Notes under the pieces: generated by a model
What the model saw: the letters and a program-made list of their open reading frames with translations, nothing else
The model's database searches: none
Told to the model about the DNA's origin: nothing
Source of the DNA: Octopus sinensis
Taxonomy: Eukaryota
Assembly: GCF_006345805.1 (NCBI RefSeq)
Contig: NC_042998.1
Coordinates: forward strand, 159,030,001-159,094,000
Length of the DNA: 64,000 bases
Reading direction: 5' to 3'
Translations under genes and position numbers: made by a program
Shown here: positions 12,480 to 26,624 of the stretch, piece after piece
Layout: each line of letters begins with the position of its first letter
How positions within the stretch are numbered: position 1 is the first letter of the stretch

Positions 12480-13250
12480 TAGAGTGAGGTGGGGGGATTT
12501 TAAGGATTATTCTATAGCCAATCCTATAGCTGCTCGGTAACTGTAGGCGCACAGCCTCTGCACAATGCCTTTTGAGGGGAGCAGAGGGTATGTACTGATG
12601 TCTTTTCTTAAGAAATCTGTTTTCCTTGTTTGTGTAATATGAGTCCGCAGATCCACGTATGGTATTTTTCCTCTTCTGGGTTCCTGCTGGTTTAGTGTGG
12701 GTGATTACTATGTTAGTTATGCTGATAAGGCTTAGAATAGGCAAAGTTGCAGTTTGTTCCATTTTCTTCAAGCCAGCAGATGCTATTTGTATAGAATTTA
12801 CAGACAACCTGGGCTCTGTCAGTTCCCGTCCTTGTCTTTGTATGTTTCACCTTTTGATATCTCAAGTCTCTGTTTTTGTTTTTGTTGGGCTTGAGGATGT
12901 CAGCACTTTTCATCATCCTTCAGCTGCCTACTCAATCTGGCTGCTCCACCTATTTCCCGATCTCTGATATTTATTTGCATTTCTATTTTGACTGTTTTCA
13001 TTCCTGCCATTGCTGCTTTCAGTGCTGTTTTCGGGATGAGTAGTGTTTGAATTTGCTTTCTCAATGTTGTCAGGTTGATCTTTGTGATTTTCAGCAGAAC
13101 ACTGTTGTCAGCTTCTTTCATTATTCTGAAGATGTGGCTTAACAAGTACGAATAAACTCCTATTTTTCCATTTAATTTTTGCCAAAGACCTATGGAAACT
13201 ATAGCTTTTTAGGATTAGGTCGTTCTGCGATGATCCTTCAGCCATGATTT
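12480..13250 (-). pseudogene. Decayed ORF with CCCH-type zinc finger, probably LINE ORF1
   Basis: VCKFYTNSICWLEENGTNCNFAY at 12737-12802 = C-x7-C-x8-C-x3-(H>Y); multiple frameshifts and stops around it. Confidence 0.45.
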
Positions 13251-14364
13251 ATTTTGAAGAAAGGGATGAAGTGTCTAAATTTGCCAATTTCGACGCATCT
13301 TTTGCATTTTATTTGCTTCTTTTTGACTTAGTTCAAATTTAGGCCCATTGGTGTCCACCTGTTGATATTCTGTAGTGTGAATGAGAGTGAGATATTACTA
13401 TGTAGTTGAAAAATATAATAAATGTAACGTTTGCGAAAGACAGGGATGTTATTAGTTATAAATGAGACGTAAGAGAGACAGAATGAGTGCTAGTAAGGAA
13501 AACAAGAGAAGGAACTATTTCCAAAAGGAACATTATAAAAGAGACAAGGAAAGGGAGCATTTATGAAGATGATATAAAAGAGAGAAATAAAGGCTCGGCG
13601 CCTGAAGAGAACAATATAAAAGAATATAAAGGAAAAGTTAAGGGAGGAAGTTCAAAAAGTAAGGTAGATTATTTCAAAGGGATTTTTACAGTACTGTTTA
13701 TAACGATAATTCAAAAGATCGTAGAATGCTACTGCTTATGAAGATAATTCAAAAGATTGCGGAGTGAGCAGTGGGAAAGAGAAAGTGTATGGCAAAAAGG
13801 TAAGTAATCGTGATGTAGTATATATATATATTGTTGATTGTTATCTTTTACTTCGTGTCAGCAGAACGCTGAACGCTGACCTCTATCAACCCAAGGCACG
13901 CGCTAATTCAATGTCTAATACGTTTAAGTAGGATGGGTTTACTTCCGAATGTTCATAAAGTACTGGTCTGAATGAGGATGCTAATTCACACGGTGAAAGG
14001 TAACATTCATATGTAGACTAAGTGTTGAAAATGACCTCTCCACATACTCCTTAATCTGACCGATTTCGGTACAAGAGAGAAAAGCAGAACAGCTTTTGAG
14101 TACTGTTTATGTAGCCATTACGTGACTGAGATGATCTATTCTATCATTTGACCAATAAGCTTTTGGAAAATGTTAAATGAATAAAACTACACCTAGTTCC
14201 ATGAAATATTTGCAACCTCGTGTGATAGCATTATAACAGATTTCTTTTTAGAGTTAACATTATATTTTGGTGTCGAGTTGTAAATGTAAGCAAAAGTGAT
14301 TTGTATATATGTGAGGAGTGTATGTGTAAACTTGCTTGTAGAAGTGAGAATGAATTTATGAGTG

Positions 14365-14506
<142 letters not shown>

Positions 14507-14602
14507 TGCTAGTAAAGAAATTTTAGCTTTTCGATTTATGTAAGTTTTTCAGCAGGATGAGAAAGAAGAGTGGAAAAAAGTAGTTTGTGAAAATAAAAGA
14601 AA

Positions 14603-14679
<77 letters not shown>

Positions 14680-14933
14680 CATGGTTTTCAGAAGGAAAAT
14701 GGAATTGATTTCAAATCTTAGCGCGTGCAATTCTGATTGACACTAGTTTTTTTTTTTTCTAAAGCATATAATCAGAATTCTGTAAGAATCTCAAGTATTC
14801 ACCGCCTTGGGAAACTACAAAAATGTTTACGTAATTTTCCAAAAATGGTTGTTTCTACACACACATGTATATGTATGCAAGTATGTATCTTTCTTTGTCT
14901 ATCTACACATACACACGCACACATACTCATATA

Positions 14934-14993
<60 letters not shown>

Positions 14994-15454
14994 TTGATAG
15001 TGACAACTAGATTTCGAACGACACTATCGCTTGAATGTTTTGTTAAACATGAGCAGCATGGATAAGGTTTTTCACCACTCCTAACGACTTAATTTTTTGG
15101 CACAGATGTGACGATGATGGAACCCTCTTGCAGCAGGTGTTCACCCACCCTGACACAAGCATTCATTCCATCATGGAATTTTTCAAGTGTTTTGCCTTTC
15201 TCGGATACGGCCGGCCTTAGCCTTAGTATATAACATATAATAGAGATGTTAAAATCAAGCGATACCTGAAGTATTTGAAAGTGAGAAAAAGCCTTGCATA
15301 AAACCAATCCTATTCTCTAAACAATGCATGCATTTTCCCAAAAAGAAAAAGTTGTCTATATTAGTAGTTCTCAACCATTTTTTGCCTATGGACCACTTTG
15401 ATTCCTGTTGCCCACTCCCTAGACATTCAATGTTCAAAAAGATCCTACGACACT

Positions 15455-15613
15455 AGGCGCAGACATAGCTGTGTGGTAAGAAGCTTGCTTTCCAACCTCA
15501 TGGTTCTGGGTTCAGTTCCACTACGTGGCACCTTGGGCAAGTGTCTTCTCCTTGAGCCGACCAAAGCCTTGAGTGAATTTGATAGACGGAAACTGAAAGA
15601 AGCTCGTCGTATA
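15455..15613 (+). mobile_element. SINE family B, 5' half
   Basis: Head and CORE-like segment ending at the internal microsatellite. Confidence 0.8.
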
Positions 15614-15771
15614 CACACACACGCACGCGCGCACACACACACATATCTAATTATATCAAGAATAACAAATCCTCTTAAAAGGATGTTACCATCCAAGTTC
15701 GTCGGTTATATCCAGTGCTTCAGTGAAAATCCAAAGATGGTAGTTTCACATAGATGGATAGGTGTATATAA

Positions 15772-16091
15772 ATATTCTTATATGAGAAAAAGGAAATGCA
15801 GAAATTAATATACAGACATTCAATTTATTTGGATAAATTCCATTTAGTATAATTTCAAATTCTTTACACCTACAACTGTTTCCATACCCAATCAATTCAA
15901 TTTAAGGAATTAAATTAAATTAATCTAAATTTTCATATTGGATATTGTAAATTGGGTATTTCGTCAGGGGAGAGAATTTGTTAGAAAGGAGCTACATTCC
16001 AATGTGTTGGTTGACCTTTGATAGACTCAGATATGTATGTTTTAGCAGCAGGTGTATTTTTTGTAAGAAAAAAACGTTACTATTTTATGCA

Positions 16092-16134
<43 letters not shown>

Positions 16135-17142
16135 AAGTCTTGAAAGCTACGAAGCTGCTTACTGATTACCATAGTTGAATAATGCGTCATCGATATTAGT
16201 GCACAGCAATGAGAAAAGAAATGAACGATCTAATCGAGGAAAAAAATAAATATTAACAAATCAAATTAAGAAATTAATAATGTTAAAAGCAATATTTAAT
16301 TTCTACATTGTATCTCTAACTTAAATTAATTAACCATTCATAAGCTAGTAATCATATATTCTCGAGGTGCGTGCCTAAACTAAAGTTTCGGTGAACTATA
16401 TATAATATATACTACTGTTGCCTGTACGTAAAAACTTATATTCATATTAACCAATTAATGTATACATTGATATTAATACGATATCTATTAAGAATTATTT
16501 AATTGTTTTTGTTAACGATGTAGGCATCTTAATCATGAGATACCACCTGATTCAAGTTCCAGCAACCCTACAATTATACCTAATTTATTCTTTAAATTAC
16601 ATCTAATGGTAATTTCTGAAAACATATTTATGGACGTGAACACAAGAAAAACCAGTCTCCCTCCTCTCATTCAGGTGCCGAAACCTTGAATATAAGATTT
16701 GAAAATGTTCCTCTGTACAGAGAAAACAAAAGGGGTTTCCAACTTTATAGGCACTAACCTTGCTTACAATCTCCCACTCTGCAGAGAAGCTTTTATTCTT
16801 GTCTTTTAATTCCTAAATAAATTTACTTAGGCTGGTACAAGATGATTTGTTTCTATTATTAACGGTGTAAATGTGATTCGAGATGCACTTTTTTATGTCA
16901 ACCAACAGGTTGGAATGTAGCTTCTTTCTAACAAATTCTCTCCCCTGACGAAATACCCAATTTACGATATTCAAAATGTGAATTTAAATTAATTAATTTA
17001 ACGTTATTCCTCAAATTGAATTAATTGGATATGGAAACAGCTGTAGGTGTAAAGAATTTGAAATTATACTGAATGGAAGTTGTTCAAATAAATAGATGTC
17101 TATATATTAGTTTCTGCATTTCCTTTTCTCATATAAGAATAT
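15772..17142. mobile_element. Long-inverted-repeat (fold-back-like) non-autonomous element, ~245-bp arms
   Basis: 15772-16015 is an imperfect reverse complement of 16897-17142 (e.g. GGGTATTTCGTCAGGGGAGAGAATTTGTTAGAAAG); ~880-bp non-coding spacer. Confidence 0.75.
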
Positions 17143-17192
17143 ATATTATATATGTGTGTGTTGTGTGTATGTATGTATGTATGCATTATATA

Positions 17193-17600
17193 TTCATGTC
17201 ACCGCCTGACAACCGGTGTTGGTGTGTTTATGTTCCCGTAAACTAGCGGTTCAGCAAGAGACCGATAGAAGTGTCTTCTACTATAGCCTCGGGTCGACCA
17301 AAGCCTTGTGAGTGGATTTGGTAGACGGAAACTGAAAGAAGCCCGTCGTATATATCTATATGTATATATATGTGTGTGTGTGTGTGTGTTGTGTGTCCGT
17401 TATTGTGTGCCCCCCACCCCCAACATCGCTTGACAACCGATGCTGGTGTGTTTACGTCCCTGTAACTTAGCAGTACGGCAAAGAGAATAAGTACTAGGCT
17501 TACAACGAATAACTCCTGGGGTCAATTTGCTCGACTAAAGGCGGTGCTCCATCATGGCCGCAGTCATATGACTGAAACAAGTAAAAGAGTAAAAGAGTAA
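17193..17600 (+). mobile_element. SINE family B 3' half fused to a second, 5'-truncated family B copy
   Basis: TGACAACCGGTGTTGG...CCGATAGAA joined directly to GTGTCTTCTACTATAGCC...; complete GTAAAAGA tail. Confidence 0.75.
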
Positions 17601-18519
17601 AATTACATATTAGGAATTGCATTAAAAAATTATCAAAATATTTCATGTATTGTAGAAGTATAAACAATTTATTGCACATAAATTTTAACAACAGAATCTC
17701 ATGTAGACCCACAGGGGCAATATGGACCCCGGCTGAGAACTACTGGTCTGTATCAGTGCATACAAATGACGTTGCAAGTGTTACATCAGAGTTTTTCTTT
17801 CCTTAGAGATATGTTTAAACAAAGACCAAAGGCTCTTTTGACTCCCAGCCACTGGATGGCAATCGACAGACCTGTGTTCCTCCACTTTGGCTGGTTTTGT
17901 TTGTCATCCTGCAGTGTGTACATACATACTATACATACATGTATGTGTGTGGTGTGTGTGTGTGTGTGTTTGCACACTCACACGCGCGCACACAAACAGG
18001 TAGACATACAGACACATGTGCACCCCATGTTTGTGAGTTTTAGTGACGAAGTTAAATAATGTAATCTTCTGAATTACTGAAAATAACACAGTAACAATAA
18101 TAGTTTGAAACAAATGAAAATAGTGTAATAAAATTGGCAATCTTCCACCTTCCAAACAAATAAGTTATTGGCTAAATTTACACTGGAAAGTTCATTCGTA
18201 AAAAGTTTGTTAAAGGTGCTAGATTCTACTTTTGTTAAATGTTACTTAATAATAACGGAAAATTAACGCTTCAAAGCAGTTGATGATTTCTTGTTAATAC
18301 GTGCAATTATTTCTGTCTACCTGTACATGTGTTAATTCACCTACATTATGAGTTGTGCTGTGCTTCTAATTGTTTCATTGGGGCCATTGTGAACATATCT
18401 AGACTTTGTTTCACGACAAGGTGTGGCGAAAATAATACAACAAAGAACTGTCTCCACACACAGAAAAATATCTTTATTAAAAGGTTACACTAAGGCGGCA
18501 AGTTGGCAGAATAGTTATC

Positions 18520-19440
18520 ACGCCGAAAAAAATGCCCGGCGGAATTGCTTCAGACTTTGTATTCAAGATTGAAGTCGACTTTGCTTTTTGTCCTTTCAGA
18601 GTCGATAAAATAAGAACCAATTGTTTACTGAGGTCGAGATGATCGACTTCTCCACCCATCAAAATTGTTTGTTCACATGCAAAATTGCTTACATTTCCCC
18701 ACTTGGTTGATTATTTCATTCGTCGACGCCGAAAACATGAAAGGCATTGTTGAATGTTGATCTCGATGGGATTTGATCTCGGCGAAATTTAATCTCAATG
18801 CGTTCAAAATCAGAACTAATACCATGTGGTATTCAGTCTGATACTCTAATGACTGCTCATCCACCTCCTTAATTATTCAGTATGAAACAAAGCAACTAAA
18901 TATGGTTCTAGAGTTCTTACAATATTTACACTTTTTGAAATGCTTAACGGTATTTCGTTTGTCTATATGTTCTGAGCTCAAATTCCGTCGAGGTAAATTT
19001 TGCCTTTCATCCTGTCACGGTCGATAAATTAAGTACCAGTTGCGTAATGGGGTCGATCTAATCGACTGGCCCCCTCCCCCAAAATTTCGGGCCTTGTGCC
19101 TAGAGTACACTTGTTATTTTACCTATTGACAGGCTATACTTGATGAATCCTACACATCATAATAAATGCCAATAAATGCCAATTTTTGCTCCGAATTAGG
19201 AAATTCAATGCAGTTTAAAGAATTCTGTAATAATGATTTTAATTTTTGGCGCAAAGCCAGCAATTTCGAGGGGGAAGGAAGTCGTTTACATTGACCCCAG
19301 TACTCAACTGGTACATATTTTATCGATCTGGATGATAGGCAACGTTGACCTCTGCGTAATTTGAACTCAGAACGTAAAGGCAGGCGAAATGCCGCTAGGT
19401 GTTTTGCTTAGTGTAACGATTGTACCAGCTCGCCGCCTTT
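18520..19440. mobile_element. Cluster of three family A SINE fragments (+18520-18660, +18935-19105, -19240-19440)
   Basis: Each carries the GTCGAC/TTGCCTTTCATCC/GATAAA.TAAGTACCAG segments. Confidence 0.7.
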
Positions 19441-19669
19441 AAAGTTACAAATATTGCAACAAAATATCTAGTGAATGAAAGTGTGTTCGTAAGCTTTATT
19501 TATGCACACGAAACTACGTGATATGTGGTAAATATTTCAAACTCAAAAGTCTATTAAAATCCTACAAAATCACACAGCTCATTATCTTCCATGCCAAATT
19601 AACCTTTCTAATCCACAGAATTAATAGTGTTGTACAAACCCTTTCAACCTTACTGTTCGTAATTATAGG

Positions 19670-20330
19670 TTATACATTGTCCGATAATTCATATCTTACA
19701 AATATTCGCCTTCTTTACCGCCCAGTGCATTCGAAATTCCAGATTTCTTGAATTATTTACCATTAATATCAGCTTTTATTTCTTTCCATGAATTAACATG
19801 GCATTCACAGATCAGAGCCAGTGAGAGAACTTCCATACTGCTTTCTTCCGTGTATAATTTTCTCCATCATTTATCCCCGTTCCATTTTCATCATATTCTT
19901 AAAGATCTTATGGATACCAACGTCTGTTGTTCGCAATTTACCAGGAATTACCATTCTCGCAACGTTTTTTGATGAGACATTTTCAACAACTCTCCTCATA
20001 CTATCACAGATGAGGAAGCAATTTTCCTTCTTCAGCCCACTATGAATGCATTCTAAACTTCCTTTATGTATTTTAAATATCGGCTATCATCCATCTGGTG
20101 ACACATATACAAATTCTTTTCAAAATTTAAATCAAAAGCTTTAATTTAGTACCATCTGCCGCTCAAGAAGGAAATAAACTAAATCTGCTTTCCTTATGCA
20201 CATAGTTTCCATCCGTATTGCTTTCTCCCTTATTTAGTTTATAGTCTGTGCTTATGGTACATCAGGAATAAGCGGTGTTTCGTGCACTTCTTCAATGCAC
20301 GGTTAGGAGTCCTCAAGGTGTGGTCACAAT
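19670..20330 (-). pseudogene. pogo/Tigger-family DDE transposase remnant
   Basis: Minus-strand frames: VHETPL..., AADGTKLKLLI, CFLICDSM, VIPG, FKKSGISNALGG; many stops and frameshifts. Confidence 0.75.
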
Positions 20331-20696
20331 CCTAACTTGATAAGACAGACGATGTTTGCTTCCGTACAACACATGCATTCTACGCATTTGACTTTAAGAT
20401 TTTTCATTTTGTGAGGAAAATACCTCACAGAAAAAAAAACACCAAGTGTAGACTGTGAGTCAAATCTCAGGTATTTAAGAAAAACACAACGTACGTCTCA
20501 GTTGCTGACCTTTCCCTACATTATATGCATCTATCTAATTTTTCATCTCTCTAATCACAGCTACAGAACAAATGAGTTGGACATGTGGCACAGCATTTTG
20601 TATATTAAGCTTTATAAATAGATATATAATGTTGTCTAAATTATATACCTTTAATATGTGAGAAAAAATGAATAATGATGAGGAGAAGGAAAAGAA

Positions 20697-20885
20697 AAAG
20701 AAGAAGAAGAAGAAGAAGAAGAAGAAGAAGAAGAAGAAGAAGAAGAAGAAGAAGAAGAAGAAGAAGAAGAAGAAGAAGAAGAAGAAGAAGACGACGACGA
20801 AGAAGAAATGAACATTAGGAGGAGAAGGTGAACGTTGATACTGATGATGATGATAATCATCATCATCATCATCATCATTATCATG
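20697..20885. repeat. (GAA)n followed by (GAT)/(CAT)n microsatellites
   Basis: Trinucleotide runs. Confidence 0.9.
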
Positions 20886-21724
20886 TACATGCTGATGGAA
20901 ATTGCATCCGAGAACAGCTTTCCTTTACATTGCCGATTATGAGATCTTTTAAACATTCTATATGGTTAATGTTACTTATACATCAACTCATGTCAATAAA
21001 GACTCGATAGAGAAGAAAAGTTACTATAGATTTAATATATAACTACACATCTCTCATTTGCTGAGTTGCTGATCTGAATTATTAACTAAGCAAATAGCCG
21101 CAAGAGGAAATGGCAAGTCTAAGAAGGAGCAATTTCCTGTTTTTCAACTAAAGAGCGACAACGTAACATCAAGACACCATCAACTGGCTAACTTATGAAA
21201 CAATGTTTTATATCTTTAGACATGAGGTCAGACATTTTAATAGGGGTATATGGTTGAGTAAATTAGTCCTCTCTCAGTAAGTTGTTATCACTTTTTATTA
21301 AGCCCACGGTTAAATTGTGAATTGTAATGATTTGTCCTATTGGAAAAATGCTTACTAATTTATTTGAATCTGGACTGCGTAATCCACAGGAATCGCCTAT
21401 TATAAGTGGAACGCTGCAGTCACCATATGTAACAGTTGTAGGTGTAATTGTAATTAGTTGTAAGATTTGGTAAGGCTGCGTGTGGCAGATGGACATGTAT
21501 TAAAATGAATTGACAAAGGATAAAATAGTTTATACCTATCCTAGATTTTATATAACCGTTACAGGTTTAATCGAGTGCATTGATCATTTCATCGCTGGTT
21601 ATTGTGTCGATCTCGAAGTGATGGGGAAAAACTCGACGCTAGTGGTATTTGAATATGAAAAATACTACTATTCCAATATGGTGTTTGAATAGTGGTATTT
21701 GAATATTGAATATTTCAATAATAA

Positions 21725-22385
21725 TGAGTTTCAAATTTTGTTACAAGGCCGGCAATTTCAGGGAAGCGGATGAGTCGACCACATCGATACCTGTATTCAA
21801 CTGGCACTTATTGTATCAACCCTGAAAGGATGAAAGGTAAAATCGGTCTTGCCGGAATTTGAACTGAGAACGTGAAGATAGACGAAATACTACTAAGCAT
21901 TTTGTCTTGCATGCTAATGATTCTGCCAATTCACCGACTTCAAAGTATTCTACAATAATAGTTTCAAATTTTGGCGCAAGGCCAGTAGTGTTTGAGGAAA
22001 GGAAGAAGTCGATTACATAGACCGCAGTACTTGACTGGTACTTACTTTAAATACCCGAATGGATGAAAAGTAAAGTTGACCTCGAAGGAATTTGAACTCA
22101 GAACGTAAAGGTGGACGAAACGCCCCAAAATATTTTGCCCAGTGTGCTAACGATTCTGCTGGATCGCTGCCTTCAAGAATTCTGTAATTATCTTTTCTAA
22201 TGAAATTATGTTTAGGAGGACAGCCGATTACATTAACCCCATTACATTACTTGTACTTATTTCATCGATTCCCGAAATATAACATGTAAAGTCAACCTCA
22301 GCGGACTTTGAACGTAAATACGAGCGAAATGCTAGTAAGCACTTTGTCTGGCGAGCTAACGATTCTGCCAGCTCGACATCTTCGA
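21725..22385 (-). mobile_element. Three head-to-tail family A SINEs
   Basis: Copies at about 21725-21945, 21960-22175 and 22215-22385, each with GAATTTGAAC...GCTAA(C/T)GATTCTGC; mutually diverged. Confidence 0.75.
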
Positions 22386-23697
22386 AGGACTTTATAATAA
22401 TGCAAGTTATTACTCTGGTACTCTATTAATTCTGACTCCACCGTCTTTAAATTCTTGCAAGTAGGTTAAATATCTTTATTGTTTACACAAAGATGAATAA
22501 TATTATGAATAAGTGAATACTTGTATGAGGTGACGCTTGTAAGAAGACCACAATTGCTTCAAGCAGGGTTTGAATTCAAAAACGCGAGACCAAATAATAT
22601 CCTTCTTTGTTAAGGAACAAGAAAAGAAGTATGCAGTAGGATGCATGCAAAGTAAGGATAAATGACGAAAGATGATAAAAAAGAGGAAGTGTGAAGATGT
22701 ATAGATGAAAGGCGAATGTGAATAACGAATGAATTATTAAAAAAAAGAGGGAGAGTTAAAAGAAAAGAAATAAATGAAAGAGGAAAAGAATCAAAGAAAA
22801 AGTGTCTCTTCTTTTGATATCTTCTTTAAGAATTTGCTTCTATCTTTATTATCATATCTGCATGTATACACTATCCAAGCAGGCGACCAATCATTAATTG
22901 TCTTCGTGTCTTCCTTTACTGGTGTCTCAATGTTGTAAGACACGCAAGATAACAAAAAAAAGTAGCACGTTTAGAAATTTATCTTGAATTGAAGTCAAAA
23001 AAATATTCTGTACAAAAGTATTGTGCTCATCTCTGCAGTGGGATCTACATTCATGAACCCTGTCAGCTTTACGGTGGTATTTTGCAGAGAGTAAATGCTG
23101 GATTAAATCTAGTATATTATTGAAAATAAATTTAGTTTCTTTTAGTATAAATGCTTGAATTATTTTGTTACTTTACATATATTCTGAGGGATAAAACGAA
23201 ATAACGTAATTTCAAGCGTGAATTGACGCGGCGACGTAAACTTGACCTGTTGAGAATTGTCTAATTGCACTTAGCCACTCTGAAGTAGTTGTGGATAACA
23301 GAATCAGCAGACAGCCGGTCAAGATACACACACACACACACACACACATGCATGCATGCATGCATACATACATACATACATACATACATACATACATACA
23401 TACATTTTTTAAGCTAATAGTGGGGGTTGATCAATCCGAGCAAAATACTTCATAAGCTCTCTGTTGGCACACCAGGCTAACAATACTGTTTAGATTAGTG
23501 AAAAATTACAAGTAACCTTATTGCAGGGCTCAAGGTTACGGTTGATCATAAGTCTATATTGTAAATCCGTGGTTGTGCTCCAGACTAACTGTTTTTTACA
23601 CAGAGTGATATATGAGACAAGATATAAATAATGGTCATTACATTTATTTCCTTTATTAGAACAAATCTGGATTACAGCTGTTTCCAGTAGTCAAATA

Positions 23698-23862
<165 letters not shown>

Positions 23863-23894
23863 GTGTGTGTGTGTGTGTATGTATGTGTGTGTGT

Positions 23895-24115
23895 GTGGTA
23901 CCAGGTTCAATCCCCCTGCGTGGCATCTTGGGAAAGTGTCTTCTACTATAGCCTCGGGCTGATTAAAGCCTCGTGAGTGGAATTGGGAGACGAAAACTGA
24001 AAGCCCGTCATGTAAATGGTATATATGTGTATATATATTTACGTGTGTGTGTCTTTGTGTTTATGTTTGTCCCCCTACGATCGCTTGACAACCGATGCTG
24101 GTTTGTTTACGCTCC
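23895..24115 (+). mobile_element. SINE family B, truncated at both ends
   Basis: GGTTCAATCCCC...CTTGGGAAAGTGTCTT...TTGACAACCGATGCTGG. Confidence 0.75.
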
Positions 24116-25591
24116 TGACAATAACACATCCCTGTCAATAACGTGTTTTAGCCCCCACCACAAACACTCTTTCAACTGCAATCATTCCTTGTCGAGCACT
24201 TCAGGTTTGATATAGTTGTGTTTTGTGTTGTTTTGTTTTTTGCTTTTTCTTTTTTAGATATTGGCGGGATGGAGATCAATGCAAAGTAGTGATGTCCTTG
24301 AGTTCCTACGAAAAATTAACGACATAGGCACAAAAATGACCGGTAATACGTAAATAGAACTTGAGCCAAAAGCCACTGAGTGGGAGACACGCTGCCTTTG
24401 TCCCAAATCAACGATATTATTTCGATTCATGTATCAACTCATATATTTTGCTTTTACTAATTTAATCTGAGAATGAGACGAAAGATTATGAACTTTGCAG
24501 GGCCTCCCAGACTAGTGAGATTGAAGAGTCTGATATTCAACCTGATTACTGAAAGTCAATGCCTACCACGGGGGTAGAAAGGGAACAACAGATCGAACTC
24601 TACTAAACTCACCCAGGAACCAGAAATCGAAACAGTATACTCATGGTCATAGTTCATCGAGAGCTAGCTTGTCCATACTTAGAATACCCCTATGAGGTCA
24701 CTCCATTTGCTAAAATAGTTTCCAAATCTTCTACAAAAAGGACACATTTGATAATATAGTACTAAATAATCCGAAAACGACAGGATGCCCACACCTTGAA
24801 TGGCTTTGATCATATATACATCTCAGGTTGATACGGTTAACCTGGTGCTAAACAACAATATTATATTACAAAAACATCGGTTATTTGCTGAATTCTGGCA
24901 GCAAATAAAAGTATGACAGGAATTACTCAGCATTCAAAAAGGTCAAAAATTCTTGGCGCGCACACACACACACACAAATAGTGTTGGCACCATATCCTAT
25001 ATTTCGATGTCAGCCAGAAGACTGATTATTATTCGTTGCATTGCCCGTTAAAATAAACATTGGCGAAAACCTCAACCTAATTCGTAATGGTAAGGAAGAG
25101 TTCCATATGAATCATTTTTTTTTCATTTTCTTCTTATTTAAAAGCATCCAATCTGACAGTTTTATTACCGTCTCTTATTTAATTAGTCTTTAGCGTTGAT
25201 ATACTTGTATCACTAATATAAGACCTTGGCGTTGACACACTTATATCACGCGCATAGTGGTGAGATACTTACATAACATAACTGATTGTTATTTATCCCT
25301 GAATAAGTCCCGATCAAGCAAACCTATAGTAAAAGACATGCAAGCAATGCACATCACGTTATTTTTAAGCCAAAGTGCATCCAAAGAATTTAGCTGGTAT
25401 CACATGCAGCTTAATCGACCGGACAGAGGCATCCATACTGTTTCAGTAAATCGTTGGTATCAGATCTTTGGGCTGATATTCTTATATCACTAGCATAAGA
25501 TCACAATGCTAAGATTCCTATATGAAAAAATTAATATTTCTTTATCAAATAAATAACAACTTCGATATGTTAAAACTATGCACAATAATTT

Positions 25592-25675
<84 letters not shown>

Positions 25676-26063
25676 ATGTATGTACATATACATATACATA
25701 TATATTATTTTACTTCTTTTAGCCCTTTGATTGACTTTCAGGCATCCATCATGATTCTGATATCAAAGACGCTTATATATATACCCAAACCCACGCTCGT
25801 AAGTCCCTTCGAAGACCAGCCAGAGTATAATGCACGACCCGGTTCCTCTCCAGCCACGCTGTCCAAGAAGTTTTCCTTTTTCAAACATTTGGTGTCGATC
25901 TAACGTCTAACAATACGATGTGATTCGCATTAACCCAGTTTGCAGTAGCCATCTAGGACTTCGTGCAGCGTTTCTAATCAGTTAACTGAGACGGACGAAT
26001 GAGGTTTCTGTAAGAAACCTGCGAAAGTTCAACTTGCATGGTACCCGAATTAGACTGTTTTAC

Positions 26064-26170
<107 letters not shown>

Positions 26171-26221
26171 AATAATAATAATAATAATAATATAATAATA
26201 TAATAATAATAATAATAATCT

Positions 26222-26416
26222 TTTCTGCTATAGGCACAAGGCCTGAATTTTGTTGTGAGTGAACTAGTCGATTACATCGACCCCAGTGTTTCACTGGTAC
26301 TTACTTTATCGATCCCGAAAAGATGAAAGGCAAAGTCGACCTCAATGGAATTTGAAGACAAAACGTAGAAACAGGTGAAATAAGCGTGCTAACGATTCTG
26401 CTAGCTTGCCGCCCTA
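26222..26416 (-). mobile_element. SINE family A within (AAT)n/(GAT)n tracts
   Basis: Matches the reverse complement of family A, with an internal deletion. Confidence 0.75.
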
Positions 26417-26479
26417 ATAATAATAATAATAACAACAACAACACAACACTAATAACTAGAACAACATAGACACATACAA

Positions 26480-26547
<68 letters not shown>

Positions 26548-26624
26548 AGGACACCATGATAGATCGTTAGCTCCTACACGCATTTTTTCTCTCCTTGTTT
26601 CTCTCCTTGTTTTTTTTCTGTGTA

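Larger units (their letters stand above)
15362..17745. mobile_element. hAT/Charlie-type MITE expanded by nested insertions
   Basis: TIRs TAGTAGTTCTCAACC / GGCTGAGAACTACTG; flanking 8-mers GTCTATAT (15354-15361) and GTCTGTAT (17746-17753) match 7/8, consistent with an 8-bp hAT TSD. Confidence 0.7.

Noticed and set aside
13423-14005. Solo LTR (TGTAAC...GTAACA, purine-rich)
   Set aside because: Imperfect terminal inverted repeat, no TSD, no second LTR or internal domain.
25190-25249. Two 24-bp imperfect direct repeats with 36-bp period
   Set aside because: Only two diverged copies; an ordinary small tandem duplication.
25996-26035. Hammerhead-like arrangement around the hairpin AGGTTTCT-GTA-AGAAACCT
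   Set aside because: No CTGANGA box, 3-nt insertion before GAAA, and no stem I.
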